Positions 34,960 to 47,060 are shown, numbered from the stretch's first letter. The stretch: 64,000 nucleotides of DNA from Emiliania huxleyi CCMP1516 (GCF_000372725.1 NW_005201792.1:809440-873439), one strand, 5' to 3'. Notes: generated by a model not told the origin, from the letters alone. Numbers and translations: made by a program.

Positions 34960-37944
34960 TCAGCTCGTTGGCTCGCGCAGCCACGGCGCGAGCGAAGCCA
35001 GCACGGCTTCGAAGCCTCCGCCTCCTGGGTCTGCACCGCCGCCGGGCGGCGCGGCACCGCGCACCAAGTCCGACAGCACTCGCGGCAACAGCGGGCGGCC
35101 GTTGACGCTGACCGCCTCGATGCGCACCTCTCGCACGCGGCCGCTCGCGCCGTCGAGCTGCAGCCGCAGCTCGAACCGGACCGTGAGTGGCAGCCCGGGG
35201 GCGCCGAGCGCCGCCGCCGCGCCGAGCCGCGCCGGCAGGCGGCAGCGGAGCAGCACGTCGCCGTCGGCGCTCAGAGCGACGCGGACGGCGAGCGGCGCCT
35301 CGGCGTCGCCGCTCACGGCCATTCCGCCCTGCGCGATTGCGCCAGCGTAGAGGCGGCGCGCTGCGGCGAGCGCGCGGGCGAGCGACGGGCGGCCGGAGAG
35401 GAGTCGCTCGCCGAGGAGGCCGGTGAGGCGCACCTTCGGTCGGGCGGGGCTGGGGCTGGGGGCCGGGGGGCGTCGAGAGAGTGCCTCGTGGCCCTCCCCT
35501 TCCCCGCCGCACCTCCTCCTCGCAGAGGGAGGCCAGGTCGAGCGGCGCGGTGAGGGCGGCGGGGACCTGCTGGTGCAGCGACCGCAGCAGCGAGAGGGCG
35601 GTCGTCGCGAATGCGGGCGGGATCGGCGTCGTCGACGACGCGCTCAGGGGCGAGGAGGAGGAGGAGGAGGAGGAGGAGGAAGAAGAGGCCGCCGGCTGCA
35701 GCGGCGCCAGCGCGCCCTCTGTGACGGAGACGAGCGTCGCGCCGAGCAGGGGCAGAGTGCCGCCTTTGAGTCGGCCGAGCAGCTCCTATGCCACCAGAGA
35801 AGCGCTGTCTATGTCTCCGGGTGGCGTTGGGCTCGCCCCAGCCAGGCATGGAGGAGGCGCCTGCGGCAGCGCCTCGCGATTGTTGACCCGCAAGCCGCGC
35901 AGCGTGTGAGCGACGATCACCGGGGCCGCGCCACCGCCGCCGTCCGCAAACTCAAACTCGGAGCGGGCGGCGACGCTGAAGAGGGGCGTGCCAGCCGTTG
36001 GGCCGGCGGACGGCGCGAGCACGTACCTCCAGAGCGCAGCCACGCCGCCGCCCGCTCCGTCGCCGCCTCCTCCGGCGCCGCCTCCTGCCGCCAGCTCCTC
36101 CGCCGCCCCGCCGGCGCCACTCGCTCGGACTGTCGGGCCGGCGACCCCTGAAGGGACAGGCGCAGGGCTGTGCTACGGGGCTGCGGTACAGGGGTCGAGG
36201 GGTCGAGCGGCGTCTCTCCAGGCGGTGAGTCGGAGGGTTGAGGCGTGCACAGGGGGGGGGNNNNNNNNNNNNNNNNNNNNNNNNNNNNNNNNNNNNNNNN
36301 NNNNNNNNNNNNNNNNNNNNNNNNNNNNNNNNNNNNNNNNNNNNNNNNNNNNNNNNNNNNCCGCCGGGCCCTTTTTTTTGGTTTTTGGGGCCGGCGCCCC
36401 TTTAAGGGTCAGGGCCAGGGTTTTTTTCCGGGGTTTCGGTACCGGGTTTGGGGGTTTTGGGGGGTTTTTTCCGGGGGGTGTTTTGTGGGTTTAGAGCTTT
36501 TTTTTTGGGGGGGGGGGGGGGGGCAGCACCGCGGTGCTCGAGCTGGAAGTCGAAGGCGTGGGAGAGGAGGGGGGAGAGGGCGGCGGCGGCGTGGGCGGCC
36601 CGCGCGGAGCCGAGCAGCTGCAGGTACGGCCCCCTGCCTACTAAGAATTAAATTAAATTAAATTAAATTCTTAGATTAGTAGCTGCAGGTACGGCCCCCC
36701 TGCCTCGCAGCAGCGGCGCTGCTGCGGCGGCGAGGAGCTCGAGGTCGGGGGCATACCGGCCGGCGTCAGGCGCCGTGCCCTCGGCGAGAAGCGCGCGCAG
36801 CTCCGCCTCGACGGCGGCGGCGGCGAGGTGCAGCTCCTAGAGCCACGACACGGCGGCACATGAAGCGCGCTCTGCTGCCGGGCGGTGGTGCGGCGAGACA
36901 GGCGGCGAGGCGGGCGTGGGTGGCGAGACGGGCGGCGGGCGTGGTTGCTCGACGACACGCAAGGACCCCCGAGGTCTACCTTGCCTGCACCTGGGGCTCG
37001 ATGCTCGGCTCCATCTCGGCTCCATCTCGGCTCCATCTCGCGCCTCGTAAGCGGCCCACTCCTCCGAGCCCGGCAAAGGAGGGAAGGGCTCCTCTGCGCC
37101 GGACGCCTCTGCGCCCTCCCCGCCCTCGCCCCCGCCCTCGGCCGGCGGCGGCGCGGCCGGCGGCGGCGGCGCCTCCGCGCCAACCGCCGCGAGAAGCTCG
37201 GCTGCTGTGGCAAACGCCTCTGCCGGCGAGGCGGGCGAGGAGCGGCGGTAGAGGCGAAGCCACTCGGCAAGCGTCGACGAGGGCAGTCGGCGGCCGTTGA
37301 GTCGGAGGTTGGAGAGCTCGTGCCGGCAGAGGCGGCCGTCGGCGGCGAGCGTGTAGGTGGAGATGCCGGAGAGCGCGGCGGCGGGGAGTGCGGCGGATAT
37401 GCCGGTGGACGCGGGAGTGAGAGGGGCGCTCCATCGAACGGAGACGGCGTCGGGGCCGATCGAGTAGTCGCACTGCAACTCACCGGCACGCAGACCGGCG
37501 ACGTCGAGGAGGGGCGACGTGTTGAGCGCCGCGACCGCCTTGGGGCGGGAGAGCGGGACGGTGAGTGGGTGGGCGGGCCGAGGGAGGGGAAGGTGGGCGC
37601 ACACACCTCGAAAAGAGAGAGATAGGCCTCGCGGCCCCGGGCGAGGTCTACGCCTGCAGTTCGGTCGGACAGAGGGCTGAAGCGAGGTAGACGGGAGACG
37701 GGAGGCAGAGCGGGCGGATGCCGAGGTCAGACACGAGCGAAATGTCGTCGGAAAAGGCAACCTCCGGCGGTGAGCGCGTAAAAGCCGCCGGAGCGAAGCC
37801 GCGCAGCCGCCCGATATTGCGGTGAGCGGCTTGTGCCCTGGAAAATGCAGCGTCCGACAGGAAGGAAGTTGGTAGCGCAGCAGCAGAGCCCACGTCCGCG
37901 CGAGGAGAAATCAGAGCCAGCGAGACCCAGGCGAACAGCAGCAT
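34960..37944 (-). CDS. Signal-peptide protein with repeated NTF2/SnoaL-like (DUF2358-like) domains, multi-exon, spans an N gap
   Basis: MLLFAWVSLALI; repeated patterns VSVRW...SGISTYTLAADGRLCRHEL, YAPDLEL...RGRGPYLQLL, RSEFEF...IVAHTL..LRVNN, LDGASGRVREVRI..VSVNG. Confidence 0.6.
36261..36360. other. Assembly gap
   Basis: Run of N. Confidence 1.
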
Positions 37945-38003
37945 GGCCAGAGGGCCGACACGACAAAGAAAAAGCGGGACTGCGGACGAGTTCGCCCATC
38001 TCT

Positions 38004-38355
38004 GGGGTGGGTGTCAGAACAGTCGTCCTTGCGCGAGGAGAGCTCGATAAACTCGAGGGGCCAAAATACGCCGGAGGGCGGAGTTGCGCCGAGAGGCGGG
38101 AGAAGCCGCGAGAGCAAGGGATCGGAGGGCGGCGGCGGCGTCGCAGGACGAGGCAGAGCCAGAGGAGAGCGAAGGGACAGAGGATGAAGCGACAGGAGAG
38201 AGAACGATGAGAGTGGGGCAACCGCGGGCACGAAGGTTGCAGCGAGAATCGGCGAGCGACGGCTAGCAACACACTCCTCTCCTTAAAATCCCTGTGTGGT
38301 GGCGGCGTGCCGTCCTCCCATCCCTCCCCTGCATCTCTGTTTTCTTTCTTTCTTT
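38004..38355 (+). mobile_element. Family A retroelement, 352-bp 5'-truncated copy, 13-bp TSD TTCGCCCATCTCT
   Basis: TSD at 37991-38003 and 38356-38368; homologous to the reverse complement of 59227-59625. Confidence 0.9.
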
Positions 38356-38578
38356 TTCGCCCATCTCTCCTGGAGATGCCAGCTCTATTTATTTACTCCG
38401 AGCTGGTCTTGCGGGCAGCGACTGGAGGGCTGGCCTCCGAGGGCTGGTACAATAGCCGCAGGAATTGCGTCGGCCGCATTTCTGGCCGCATCAGGCTCAT
38501 GCTAGCATCCACCTCGCGGGCCGATGTTCTGGCCATTTTCCGCCCTCGGAACGTTCGTAAGTCAATCGGCAGGAGGGA

Positions 38579-40828
38579 ATGGAGCCCTCTCAGCACATTC
38601 AGCGCTTGCGGTTCCTCTCCGTCTCTCCGACGAGCTCCGCGGCGGGTCTATCCACCCATGGCCTCGAGCTGATACGCTCCTTTGACTCTCCCGCACCCGA
38701 GACCTTTGAGCGCCCGCACCTTGTCGGCGCATTGTCGGCCAGCACATCTCACTGCGCCACGCTCCAGCGGACCGAGGCATGCACTTTTCGCGCAGGAGTG
38801 CTTCGCAGACACGCGCTGATAGGAGCGGTCAACGCAACCGCCACCTTTGAAGGCGTCGTTGTGACGAGCCAAGGAGACGTCATTGGCACCCTCGCGGCTC
38901 ACGCTCTCACCCACAAGGATGCGGTTCGGCTCTTTCCAAACACAGTCCCGTGCGACCCCGGCCCGCTCGTCCGCGGATGCGTCGAATTGACCACTTTGCT
39001 GTCAGTAGATTCACCGAGGCTGCCTGCACCGACCCTCCTGCCGTTTGCCCAAGCAGCGTGGAAAAAGTGGCCTCAAGTTTCTGGATCCAATGCAGTGGAG
39101 CGCCTCAACCTGTACGACGAGCTGCAGCACTTTGCCCCGCGACTGGCGGCCGCCTGCCCATGGAGCGCGCGGCAGGTGGAGGTAGATGACCTGGTCATAC
39201 CTCAGGGAACTTTCGCCCTCAACCACTTTCACTTTTTGGCCGAACAGCTGCCCAACATCATACTGGCCGCCCACGCAACAGCTGGCTACGGGGATCGGCT
39301 CCTCCTATATGATCAGTCCTCAATCCAGCGCCTCGCCATTGCCGCGCTGCACCTCGAGGACCGCTCGATCGCGTTCGACCCTTGCTGCGTCTACCGCGCC
39401 GCCCGCCTCAAGCTTCTCGTCAGCACGGGCTTCCCGCTCCCCGCGAGCGCGGCGCACCTCAGCGTCCGCCGGCTCCTCCTTCCGTCGCGGCAAGTGCCAG
39501 TGCTCTCCTTTCGGAGGCCCGACGAGCCTTTGCGCTGCTTCGCGGCGGCGCCAGGCGGGGACTGTACATCGCTCGACCGGTTTGCCATCCTGCTGGACCG
39601 CTCAGACCGCAGTGCACAGGCCTCCTTTGCCAGCTCCCGCATCCTAGCAGACACAGAAACGCACGCAACTTCGATCGCGGCGTCGCTTCATCGCGAGGGA
39701 AAGTTGCAACTGCTGCTCTTGCGGGCCGCCCTGCTGCCGGCCGCGGAGCAGGTGTGGATCTTCTCGAAGGCGCACGTTCTGCTCGGGGCGCACGGCGCCG
39801 GACTCACGAACCTCGTCTTCATGTCCCGCCAGTCAGCCGTCCTCGAGCTGCTGCCAACCAGGGCACGCTTCAACAACCATATCGCGCCTTGCGTCGTGGG
39901 ACGTTCGAGGGGCGAGATGAACGTGTGTGGCAAGTCGCAATGCGGGTTCAGCCACTTTTGGGCGCTTGCTGCGGAGGTGGGCGTGGCTCACTACGCGCTT
40001 CCCATCGCGGACGCCGCGTGGGGAGACCGAATCGCTGTGGGCCGCGAGGCTCTCGACGCCGCGGTAATTGGCATCGTGCGCTCGCACGGGGGCAGCGATT
40101 GGGTTATTTCTGATCCTGCTGATGAAGTGGAAATGCCTGCGGCGCGGGCTACGCCACTTCCGGCGCCGCCACCACCACCACCACCGTCCCCATTGCCGGC
40201 GCCAAAAGCAGCGTTCCGCGGTGACTACGGTGGTCTGGTCGCCGGCATAGCGAGCCAGCGGCTTGCGAGCCGCCTTGAGTCTCACGGATTTGGATGGCAG
40301 GACAGCATGGTGGCGGCGGCCCATGCGCTGTCTATGCTGCGTGCGGTTCAGGCGTGGCCCTCAACAGCACTCTCCGGCGCCCGCATGCTGGACGGGAATG
40401 CGAGGTGGAAGAACGTGGATCTGCGTGGTGATTTGATTGCATGGGTGCCACTCGAACCAAGCACGGGATTAGTGGCGCGGGTCGCGGCGCTTCATGCGAC
40501 AATGGGCTGGGACAAGCTGCGCTTGGCGCTGCGACTTGTCGTTGAGGCGCTGAACGCGGCGGCAGGCTCTGGCGGCGAAGCGTTGAGGCTCCCCGACCGA
40601 ATCATGCTCTCGCGCTATCCAGCTGGCGCACGCTACAGCCAACACTCGGATGTGTCGCCCGCTGCACCGAACCGGCGAGTGACAGCGATCCTCTACCTCA
40701 ATAATGGTTGGGAGAGTGACCACGGAGGCGAGCTTGTCCTGCACCCTCCCGATGGCCCCCAGCATCGAATCGCGCCCCGACTCGGCCGCCTCCTCCTCTT
40801 CAATTCGACGTTAGGGCCGGGGAGCTAA
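38579..40828 (+). CDS. GT61 (DUF563) glycosyltransferase fused to a C-terminally truncated EGLN-like 2OG-Fe(II) domain
   Basis: NHFHFLAEQLP, EQVWIFSKAHVLLGAHGAGLTNLVFM..VLELLP; then LRGDLIAW, LSRYP..ARYSQHSD, RRVTAILYLN..W, GGEL, GRLLLFNS. Confidence 0.85.
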   Translation: MEPSQHIQRLRFLSVSPTSSAAGLSTHGLELIRSFDSPAPETFERPHLVGALSASTSHCATLQRTEACTFRAGVLRRHALIGAVNATATFEGVVVTSQGDVIGTLAAHALTHKDAVRLFPNTVPCDPGPLVRGCVELTTLLSVDSPRLPAPTLLPFAQAAWKKWPQVSGSNAVERLNLYDELQHFAPRLAAACPWSARQVEVDDLVIPQGTFALNHFHFLAEQLPNIILAAHATAGYGDRLLLYDQSSIQRLAIAALHLEDRSIAFDPCCVYRAARLKLLVSTGFPLPASAAHLSVRRLLLPSRQVPVLSFRRPDEPLRCFAAAPGGDCTSLDRFAILLDRSDRSAQASFASSRILADTETHATSIAASLHREGKLQLLLLRAALLPAAEQVWIFSKAHVLLGAHGAGLTNLVFMSRQSAVLELLPTRARFNNHIAPCVVGRSRGEMNVCGKSQCGFSHFWALAAEVGVAHYALPIADAAWGDRIAVGREALDAAVIGIVRSHGGSDWVISDPADEVEMPAARATPLPAPPPPPPPSPLPAPKAAFRGDYGGLVAGIASQRLASRLESHGFGWQDSMVAAAHALSMLRAVQAWPSTALSGARMLDGNARWKNVDLRGDLIAWVPLEPSTGLVARVAALHATMGWDKLRLALRLVVEALNAAAGSGGEALRLPDRIMLSRYPAGARYSQHSDVSPAAPNRRVTAILYLNNGWESDHGGELVLHPPDGPQHRIAPRLGRLLLFNSTLGPGS

Positions 40829-40887
40829 GAAGCGCACCCAGCGGGGAGAATCGGTATCGGGCTACGGGCAAGAGAGCCCTGACCCTG

Positions 40888-41001
40888 GGCCCGTTCTTGT
40901 CAAAGAAAGATTCCAAATTCATCAGCTAAATCGATGTTGGAAGATGTTGGAGCGCTGCTTAGTCAAACCCTTCGCGGTTGTTTTTTTGACAAGAACGGGC
41001 C
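40888..41001. mobile_element. 114-bp PIF/Harbinger(Tourist)-like MITE, probable 3-bp TSD CTG
   Basis: TIR GGCCCGTTCTTGTCAAA / TTTGACAAGAACGGGCC; absent from the paralogous repeat at 31134-31215. Confidence 0.82.
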
Positions 41002-41097
41002 CTGGGGGGTGCTCGTGCGAGCGGGGACCACCCAAAGCGCCAAAACGTTGCGACCGCGGACCGGCTTTGATGTCGCGCTCGTTCACTTCAACCTTCA

Positions 41098-43017
41098 ATG
41101 ATCGATCGAGGTCGCAACAGCGCCAATGGCAAAGGAGATTGCTGCTTCTCCTCCTGCCTTGGCCTGGCTTTCGTCGGCACCAGCATCGCCCTGTTCACCC
41201 GATCTCACACGACGTTCACATCTCAAATGACGACGCTGCTGCAGCCGCTCCACATGGCGGTGGACAATCGGCACTGGAGCAGCAAACGGCTCGATCATCT
41301 CATTACGCACGAGTCACCCACCTCTGTCGCCGTGGCAGCGCTCGACGACGACTGGGTCGACGCCCCCGTCCCTTCCCCTGAGCCCTCGCCGGAGCTCTCA
41401 GGGGTAGTCGTGCGCATTGACACCGGCGAGGTGCTGGGGCGCGCAAACGGCGCCTGCAACTCTTTCTTTGGTGTGCCGTTTGCCGCAACACCGACGGGCT
41501 CGCTGCGCTTCCGGCCGCCCTCTGCGGCCGTTCCGTGGGCAGGTACGCTGGACGCGCGCGTGAGCGACATCAAAGGCTGTACGCAGCCCTCGCTGGACTT
41601 CTTGGAGGAGTTCTTCAAGCTGCCGGGGTGGGCAGACGGGTGGATCGAGGACACGGGCTTCGAGACCCAGTCGAGCGAGGACTGCCTTACCGTCTCGGTG
41701 CACACGCCCGACGTCAACGGCAGCGCGCCTGTGCTCGTGTTTCTGCACGGCGGCTCCAATCTCAACGGCAAGGCAGGCGACAAATGGCCTCAGCCCATCT
41801 GTGCGGGTGGCGCCGTCCTCGTCGAGGTCAACTATCGGCTCGGCGTCTTCGGCAACCTCGCGCTACCAGAGTTGCTGGCAGAGACTGGCACCGCCGGCAA
41901 CCAGGGGCTGCAGGATCAGCGTGCTGCACTGGAGTGGGTGCAGCGCAACATACACGCGATGGGTGGCGACCGCACGCGCGTGAGCCTGATGGGCGAGTCC
42001 TCCGGCGCCATGGCGGTCGCCGCGCACCTCGCGCTGCCGCGCTCGTCTGGGCTGTTTGCGCAGGGAATCCTCATGTCTGGCAATGATTACTCGCTCACGC
42101 TGACCGAGGCGTTCGCTGCTGGGAACCAGTTTGCCGCCCTCTCTGGCTGCGGTAGCGCAGTCAACCGCTTGTCGTGCCTCCGGGGATTGGACCCTAAGAT
42201 GCTGGTTAATACACAGACGCCCGTGTACAACCAAAGCATGCGCGCGCTGCAGACGCCGGTGGCCGACGGCTTCGAGCTTCCACCTGGCACCTCACTCGCG
42301 AGCCTGTACGCGTCCGGTCGCGTCCATCCCAAGCCGCTGCTGCTGGGCACGACCAAGGACGACATCTCAGTCTTCCTGAGACACTCGTGGAGGGAGGTGC
42401 TACCGCGGCTGCTCCAAGAGTCGTCCCTCACCAAGGACGACCTCGCGGGCTTCCTGGAGCGCTTCCTGCCGAGCGCGTCGCCCGAGGAGCGGGACGCCGT
42501 GTTGCGCGCCTACACACCCGCTCGGTTCGGGCCACCCGCAGTCAGGCACGCGCTTTACGAGCTCGGCACCGACGGTTACTACGCGTGCCCAACTCGGAGG
42601 ATCGCCTCGGCTGTGGCGTCTCGCCTGCCGGGCAGCGTTTTCCGCTATGTTTTCGCGGCAGCGATCGTCGACATTGACACGCGCCGAATGCCTGACTGGG
42701 CTCGCACGCTCCTGTTTCCTCTGAGGGAACGGCTGGCGGACCCGTTGCTCGGCGCTTACCACGGCTCGGACTCTGAGTTGTTGTGGAGCGACCCGTACAC
42801 GCTCCTCGACGCCGAGGAGAGCGCCCTTCGCCGCCGGATGCTGCAGCACTGGCTCAGCTTCGTCAAGACAGGCCGTCCGATGGAGAGTTGGCCTGCCTTT
42901 GGATCGACCGAGTCGTTCATCAAGCTCGACACGAGCGGCGACCGCGTCGGCGAGCATTGGCACCGCGCAAGCTGTGAGATCTTACAGCGCTTTCGCTTTG
43001 TATGGGACCCGGGATGA
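41098..43017 (+). CDS. Type-B carboxylesterase, intronless, with N-terminal hydrophobic segment
   Basis: [51 protein letters not shown]. Confidence 0.93.
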   Translation: MIDRGRNSANGKGDCCFSSCLGLAFVGTSIALFTRSHTTFTSQMTTLLQPLHMAVDNRHWSSKRLDHLITHESPTSVAVAALDDDWVDAPVPSPEPSPELSGVVVRIDTGEVLGRANGACNSFFGVPFAATPTGSLRFRPPSAAVPWAGTLDARVSDIKGCTQPSLDFLEEFFKLPGWADGWIEDTGFETQSSEDCLTVSVHTPDVNGSAPVLVFLHGGSNLNGKAGDKWPQPICAGGAVLVEVNYRLGVFGNLALPELLAETGTAGNQGLQDQRAALEWVQRNIHAMGGDRTRVSLMGESSGAMAVAAHLALPRSSGLFAQGILMSGNDYSLTLTEAFAAGNQFAALSGCGSAVNRLSCLRGLDPKMLVNTQTPVYNQSMRALQTPVADGFELPPGTSLASLYASGRVHPKPLLLGTTKDDISVFLRHSWREVLPRLLQESSLTKDDLAGFLERFLPSASPEERDAVLRAYTPARFGPPAVRHALYELGTDGYYACPTRRIASAVASRLPGSVFRYVFAAAIVDIDTRRMPDWARTLLFPLRERLADPLLGAYHGSDSELLWSDPYTLLDAEESALRRRMLQHWLSFVKTGRPMESWPAFGSTESFIKLDTSGDRVGEHWHRASCEILQRFRFVWDPG

Positions 43018-43551
43018 TGGTCGATGCTTGAGATGGCAATGGCCGATGCGGATGGTTGTGGCACGCATCTGCGCCACTCGGTCTTCAGTCTGTTTACACA
43101 TTGCAGTAACTTCTCGAGCGAGTCTGCGTGTCTCGTCGATGTATCGTACACGGTATCGGCACAGAGGTGTGTGTGCGGATGAGAGCGCGATGTATGTGAC
43201 ACCTTGTCGACACATGGTAGATGTGTTCGACACGGTTTTATGTCGTCGTGTGTGTGTGTATGGCTCATGTGGATGTGCAGTGCTTTTTCTGCTCTTACAT
43301 GTATACTTCGAGAGACAACACGCACAACCGCCGATCCCGCACCCTCACACAAGTGTAACCCACCCACGTAATACCGTATTATATGCGAAGTATGCCGCGC
43401 TGCCTGCCGCCTTGGGGGGGGGCGACCCTCTCCTACCCAAAGCAGCCAGCCGCGGCGAGTGGGCGGAACTCGTACGACCGCACACGTTCATCCTCGCGCA
43501 CGGGCCGTGAGAGGTCGATCCGCCACAGGAGCAGACCGCTCTAAAAGGAGC

Positions 43552-44532
43552 TCACGGCGGGGCGTTGTGGGCACCGGCGAGCAGGTCGGTGGCGCTGCTG
43601 ATCCGCACCGTCGAGCGCGGCGCGTCCGAAGTGAGCGGCGGGACGTCGAGGCCGTCCTTATTCCCGTGGCTGCACATCACGATGGAGCGGAGCTCGCAGT
43701 TGCCGGCGAGGCGCTGCAGCGAGTCCTGGTCGTCCTTGTGAAGATTCCCGCCGAACTGCGTAAAGATGTGGCGCAGGAAGGACGAGTGCGTCACGACGGC
43801 GATGCACTTCTCGGGTCGCTTGTTGAGCCACTGCAGGAACGCGATGCCGCGCTCGCAGCAGTGCTCGTCGCTCTCGCGCGCGTCCTCCGTGTAGAAGTGG
43901 TCGTCGTCATACGGCACCTCGGACCAGTCAAAGGACGGGAACTCGGGCATGATTTTCGAGACCGGGCGCCTGCCGTCGCACACGTACTGGCCCCACCGCT
44001 CGCGGCACTCCTCGCGCACGAGGATGCGCGGCGCCGGCACCTTCTCGCCGCGGAGCTTCTCCTCGGACCCGTCGGGTGCGTCGAGCGTTGAGAGGAAGCC
44101 GGGCTTGCCCGGCTGCCGGCCCGGCCCGAAGATATGGAAGGCGGTCTCGCACGTCCTCGTCAGCGGAGACACCACCACCAGGTCGAAGGCGGTGAAGGAG
44201 CGGCCGCCGCTTGGGCGGCTCGCGAGGTGCTGCTTGAGCTTCTGCGCCTGTTAGGGTGAGGGCGGCGTCGGATTTGTGGCGGCGCGGAGCGAGCGGCGAC
44301 GGTGTGCCTGCTGCACTCCGACGTCAGTGAGGCGGGCGTCCCACAGCGGGTGGTCCCTCGCAGGATTGTCACCGCGAGTGAGCACGTCATTCGAGCCGCT
44401 GCTCGCCGTCGCCGCGTTGTGCTCGCCCTCGGCGTGGCGAATAAAGTGAACCTTTTTGGTGCGCTCGGCGAGGAACAGCGAAAACCCAGAGTCCGGCGGG
44501 CCGAGGGAGTACTCGAAGTTGTCGCCAATCAT
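43552..44532 (-). CDS. Histidine phosphatase / phosphoglycerate mutase-like protein (2 exons)
   Basis: HFIRHAEGEHN, DARLT..G.QQA, VVSPLTRTCETA, CRERWG...CD, IAVVTHSSFL. Confidence 0.92.
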
Positions 44533-44826
44533 GCAGCGAGAGGAGCCACCCGGGATGAAAGGTGCGAGTGCGAGGCTGCTACAAACTTCGCCCGCCCGTG
44601 CGTTTTCTTTTTTCTTTCGTTCTTTCTGGAACTTTGTCTTATACGAGAGATCGGGACCCTGTCGTGTGGGTGAACCCTGCCCTTTGCTAAGGTATTGAAA
44701 ATCTATCTCGACATGACATGTGCGCATGCACACATGTACATGTGCATGTGCATGCACATGTGACATGAACTCAAGTGTACATTTTCAAGCAACCACGAAA
44801 ACCCGCCGACCGGCTCCCGCCTCGGC

Positions 44827-45886
44827 TCACGAAAGCACGCTCTTGGCAAAAGCCTTCAGCCCGGTGACCTTTGCATTCACGTTGAAGGGCCCCGGGCCCG
44901 AGGCGAACGCTACTTTGCTCGTCGCCACCTGACGGGGAGAAGGAGTTTCTGCACCATGGACGGGATGGAGGTGGCTGGGGCAAGTGGGGTTCGGGCAAGC
45001 GGGAGCAGACCTCGATGACGTAGGCTCTGAACGGCCGCGCCTCGTAGGCGCGCTCGAGCTCGTTCGACATGCTGTCGAGAATCATGGCCACCTCGCCGCC
45101 CACCTGCGTGGCGTGGCGCGCTGAGACTTGGGGCAGGGTGCGCTGCGCGGTGTGCCAGGGAAGGGACAGCCTTCGCTTCGAGCAACGCCTTTGCCAGCCC
45201 CGCGGCGTGCGCCCGCTCCTCTTCCGAGGAGTGCACCTTGATCTCCTCCTTGATTTGCACAGGCGGCGGCAATGGCGGCGTGTCAAACTCGCCCACGGCA
45301 TGCGCCTCCAGGACGTACACGTGCAGCACGGGGAGCCCGTAAGCCGCATTCGTCAGATCGACACCTGGGGGTCGGGATTCCGTTTAAGCCAGAGCGGAGT
45401 GAATGCTGCTGCCCTACGTGTCTGGGAAGTCGCCGGCTCACCCGCAAACGTGCGCCAGATGGGGCAGGTGAGGGAATCAAAGAGGACAGCGACGTGCGCC
45501 GCCCCGTTTGCTGCACCGAGCGCCTTGACCTCGGCCAGCAGGGACGTAGGCTTCCCCGCGAGCGTGAGAGCAGGCCCATCCGGGGCGACGCTCCCGTTGG
45601 CTGGAGCTTTGGATGTGAAGCTTTTGAGGTTATATGGCCGCATCTTCTGGTAGAGTCGCCAGTCTTTGCCCTCGACATCCTTCCATGCCTTCTCCTCCAT
45701 CTCGGCGACTTCCGGCTGCGTGCAGTCCTTGGCCGGGTCACCGCCCGCGGTGAACGCCATCATCCTTCGAAACATGGGCGTCATTATTGTGCTCATAACG
45801 GGAAGCTTCATCGGCGACTCGCGCTCGTTGATGTAGATGTAGAGCACGGCTGCTGCACCAGCGCCGACGACGAGAGCCCGGATCAT
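44827..45886 (-). CDS. Iodothyronine deiodinase-like protein, cysteine form, multi-exon
   Basis: N-terminal anchor, APD, FDSLTCPIW (TGC codon), VYVLEAH, HSSEEER..AA, LDSMSN...AYEARP.RAYVI, GPGPF. Confidence 0.85.
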
Positions 45887-45974
45887 GCTTGAGGGCGGTG
45901 GCGAGGGATTTCCCCGCTAGCGACGGCAAAAGAAAAAGGGCCACGAGAGATAGGGGAGACAGGGTCCACACCTG

Positions 45975-46073
45975 ACGGCTAACACCACACTTCTCCCCTA
46001 AAATCCCTGTGTGGTGGCGGCGTACCGTCCTCCCATCCCTCCCTTGGGGTGTCTTTTTTCTTTCTTTCTTTTT
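45975..46073 (+). mobile_element. Family A retroelement 3' end, 10-bp TSD TCCACACCTG
   Basis: TSD at 45965-45974 and 46074-46083. Confidence 0.88.
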
Positions 46074-46407
46074 TCCACACCTGCACGAACAGGATTTTGG
46101 AAGGACGATCAGGGGCACAGGTGGGGCTCTCCTGCTCCTGACAAGGGACACGACAGGCTCGCAGCGCGGTGCACGGTGGAATCCCAACTCCACTGGCGGT
46201 CTCATCTCAGTCTGGCGACCTTCCTCCGGCTTCTCACCGGCAGTCTCTCACTACCACGGGCACACTGACACAGGGGTGGCAGGGGCGGCGGCATGAGTCT
46301 CCCACATACTATGCGGGCCTCGCTAGAGGTGCGTCCTGTGTGTGTCCTCGTCCTTGAGGTCTTGAGGGGGAAGGGGAAGGGGCTGTGTGTCTGTGCATGC
46401 ATGCATG

Positions 46408-46533
<126 letters not shown>

Positions 46534-47060
46534 CCGCCCTGAACGCCACGAGCGCGCCGCGAGCGCCGTAGCGCCGGCGAGCGCCGTCGGCAGCGCGCGA
46601 CCGCCACCCAAAAGTGGAGGTACATCAGGAGCCGCAGCCGGCCTGCTCTATCAACCGACAGCGAGGCTCGCAAATTAAGGTGCACTCTCTTTTTTCTCAG
46701 TCCGCCCGGCTCCAAGTGCGGAGCGTCTACGCCTAGAAGACGAGGCGCGCAAGCAAGCACAAGCCGGGGCGCAACAGCAGCAGCAGCAGCAGCAGCAGCC
46801 CGTTGTAACAAAGCCTCTGCGCCCGCGCCGCAGAGCGGCCCGCAGCCCCGAGCGCCGAGAGCGAAGCGCGAAGGCCGAGCACCGGACCCCGATCCGGCCC
46901 GCCTGGTGGCGGTTCGCGTGTCGGTCCCGCCTACGTACCGCGTGTCCGGGGCCCTCATGAGGTGAGCTCAGCGTAGCTCGATTATCCCACACTCATTTAT
47001 TTTTTATTTATGTATATGCTATATAGCGGCCATCTTCCTGCATCTGCACATGTACATGTA

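Noticed and set aside
36361..36522. T/G-rich apparent diverged duplicate of 36107-36260
   Set aside because: It abuts the N gap and looks like a low-quality read end of the same sequence, so it is an assembly artefact rather than hypermutation or editing
44711..44768. CATG-rich palindromic patch as a regulatory element
   Set aside because: Low-complexity alternating purine-pyrimidine sequence also seen near 21715, 46395 and 47046; no functional evidence
45455..45480. Selenocysteine codon in the deiodinase homologue
   Set aside because: The codon is TGC (Cys), not TGA
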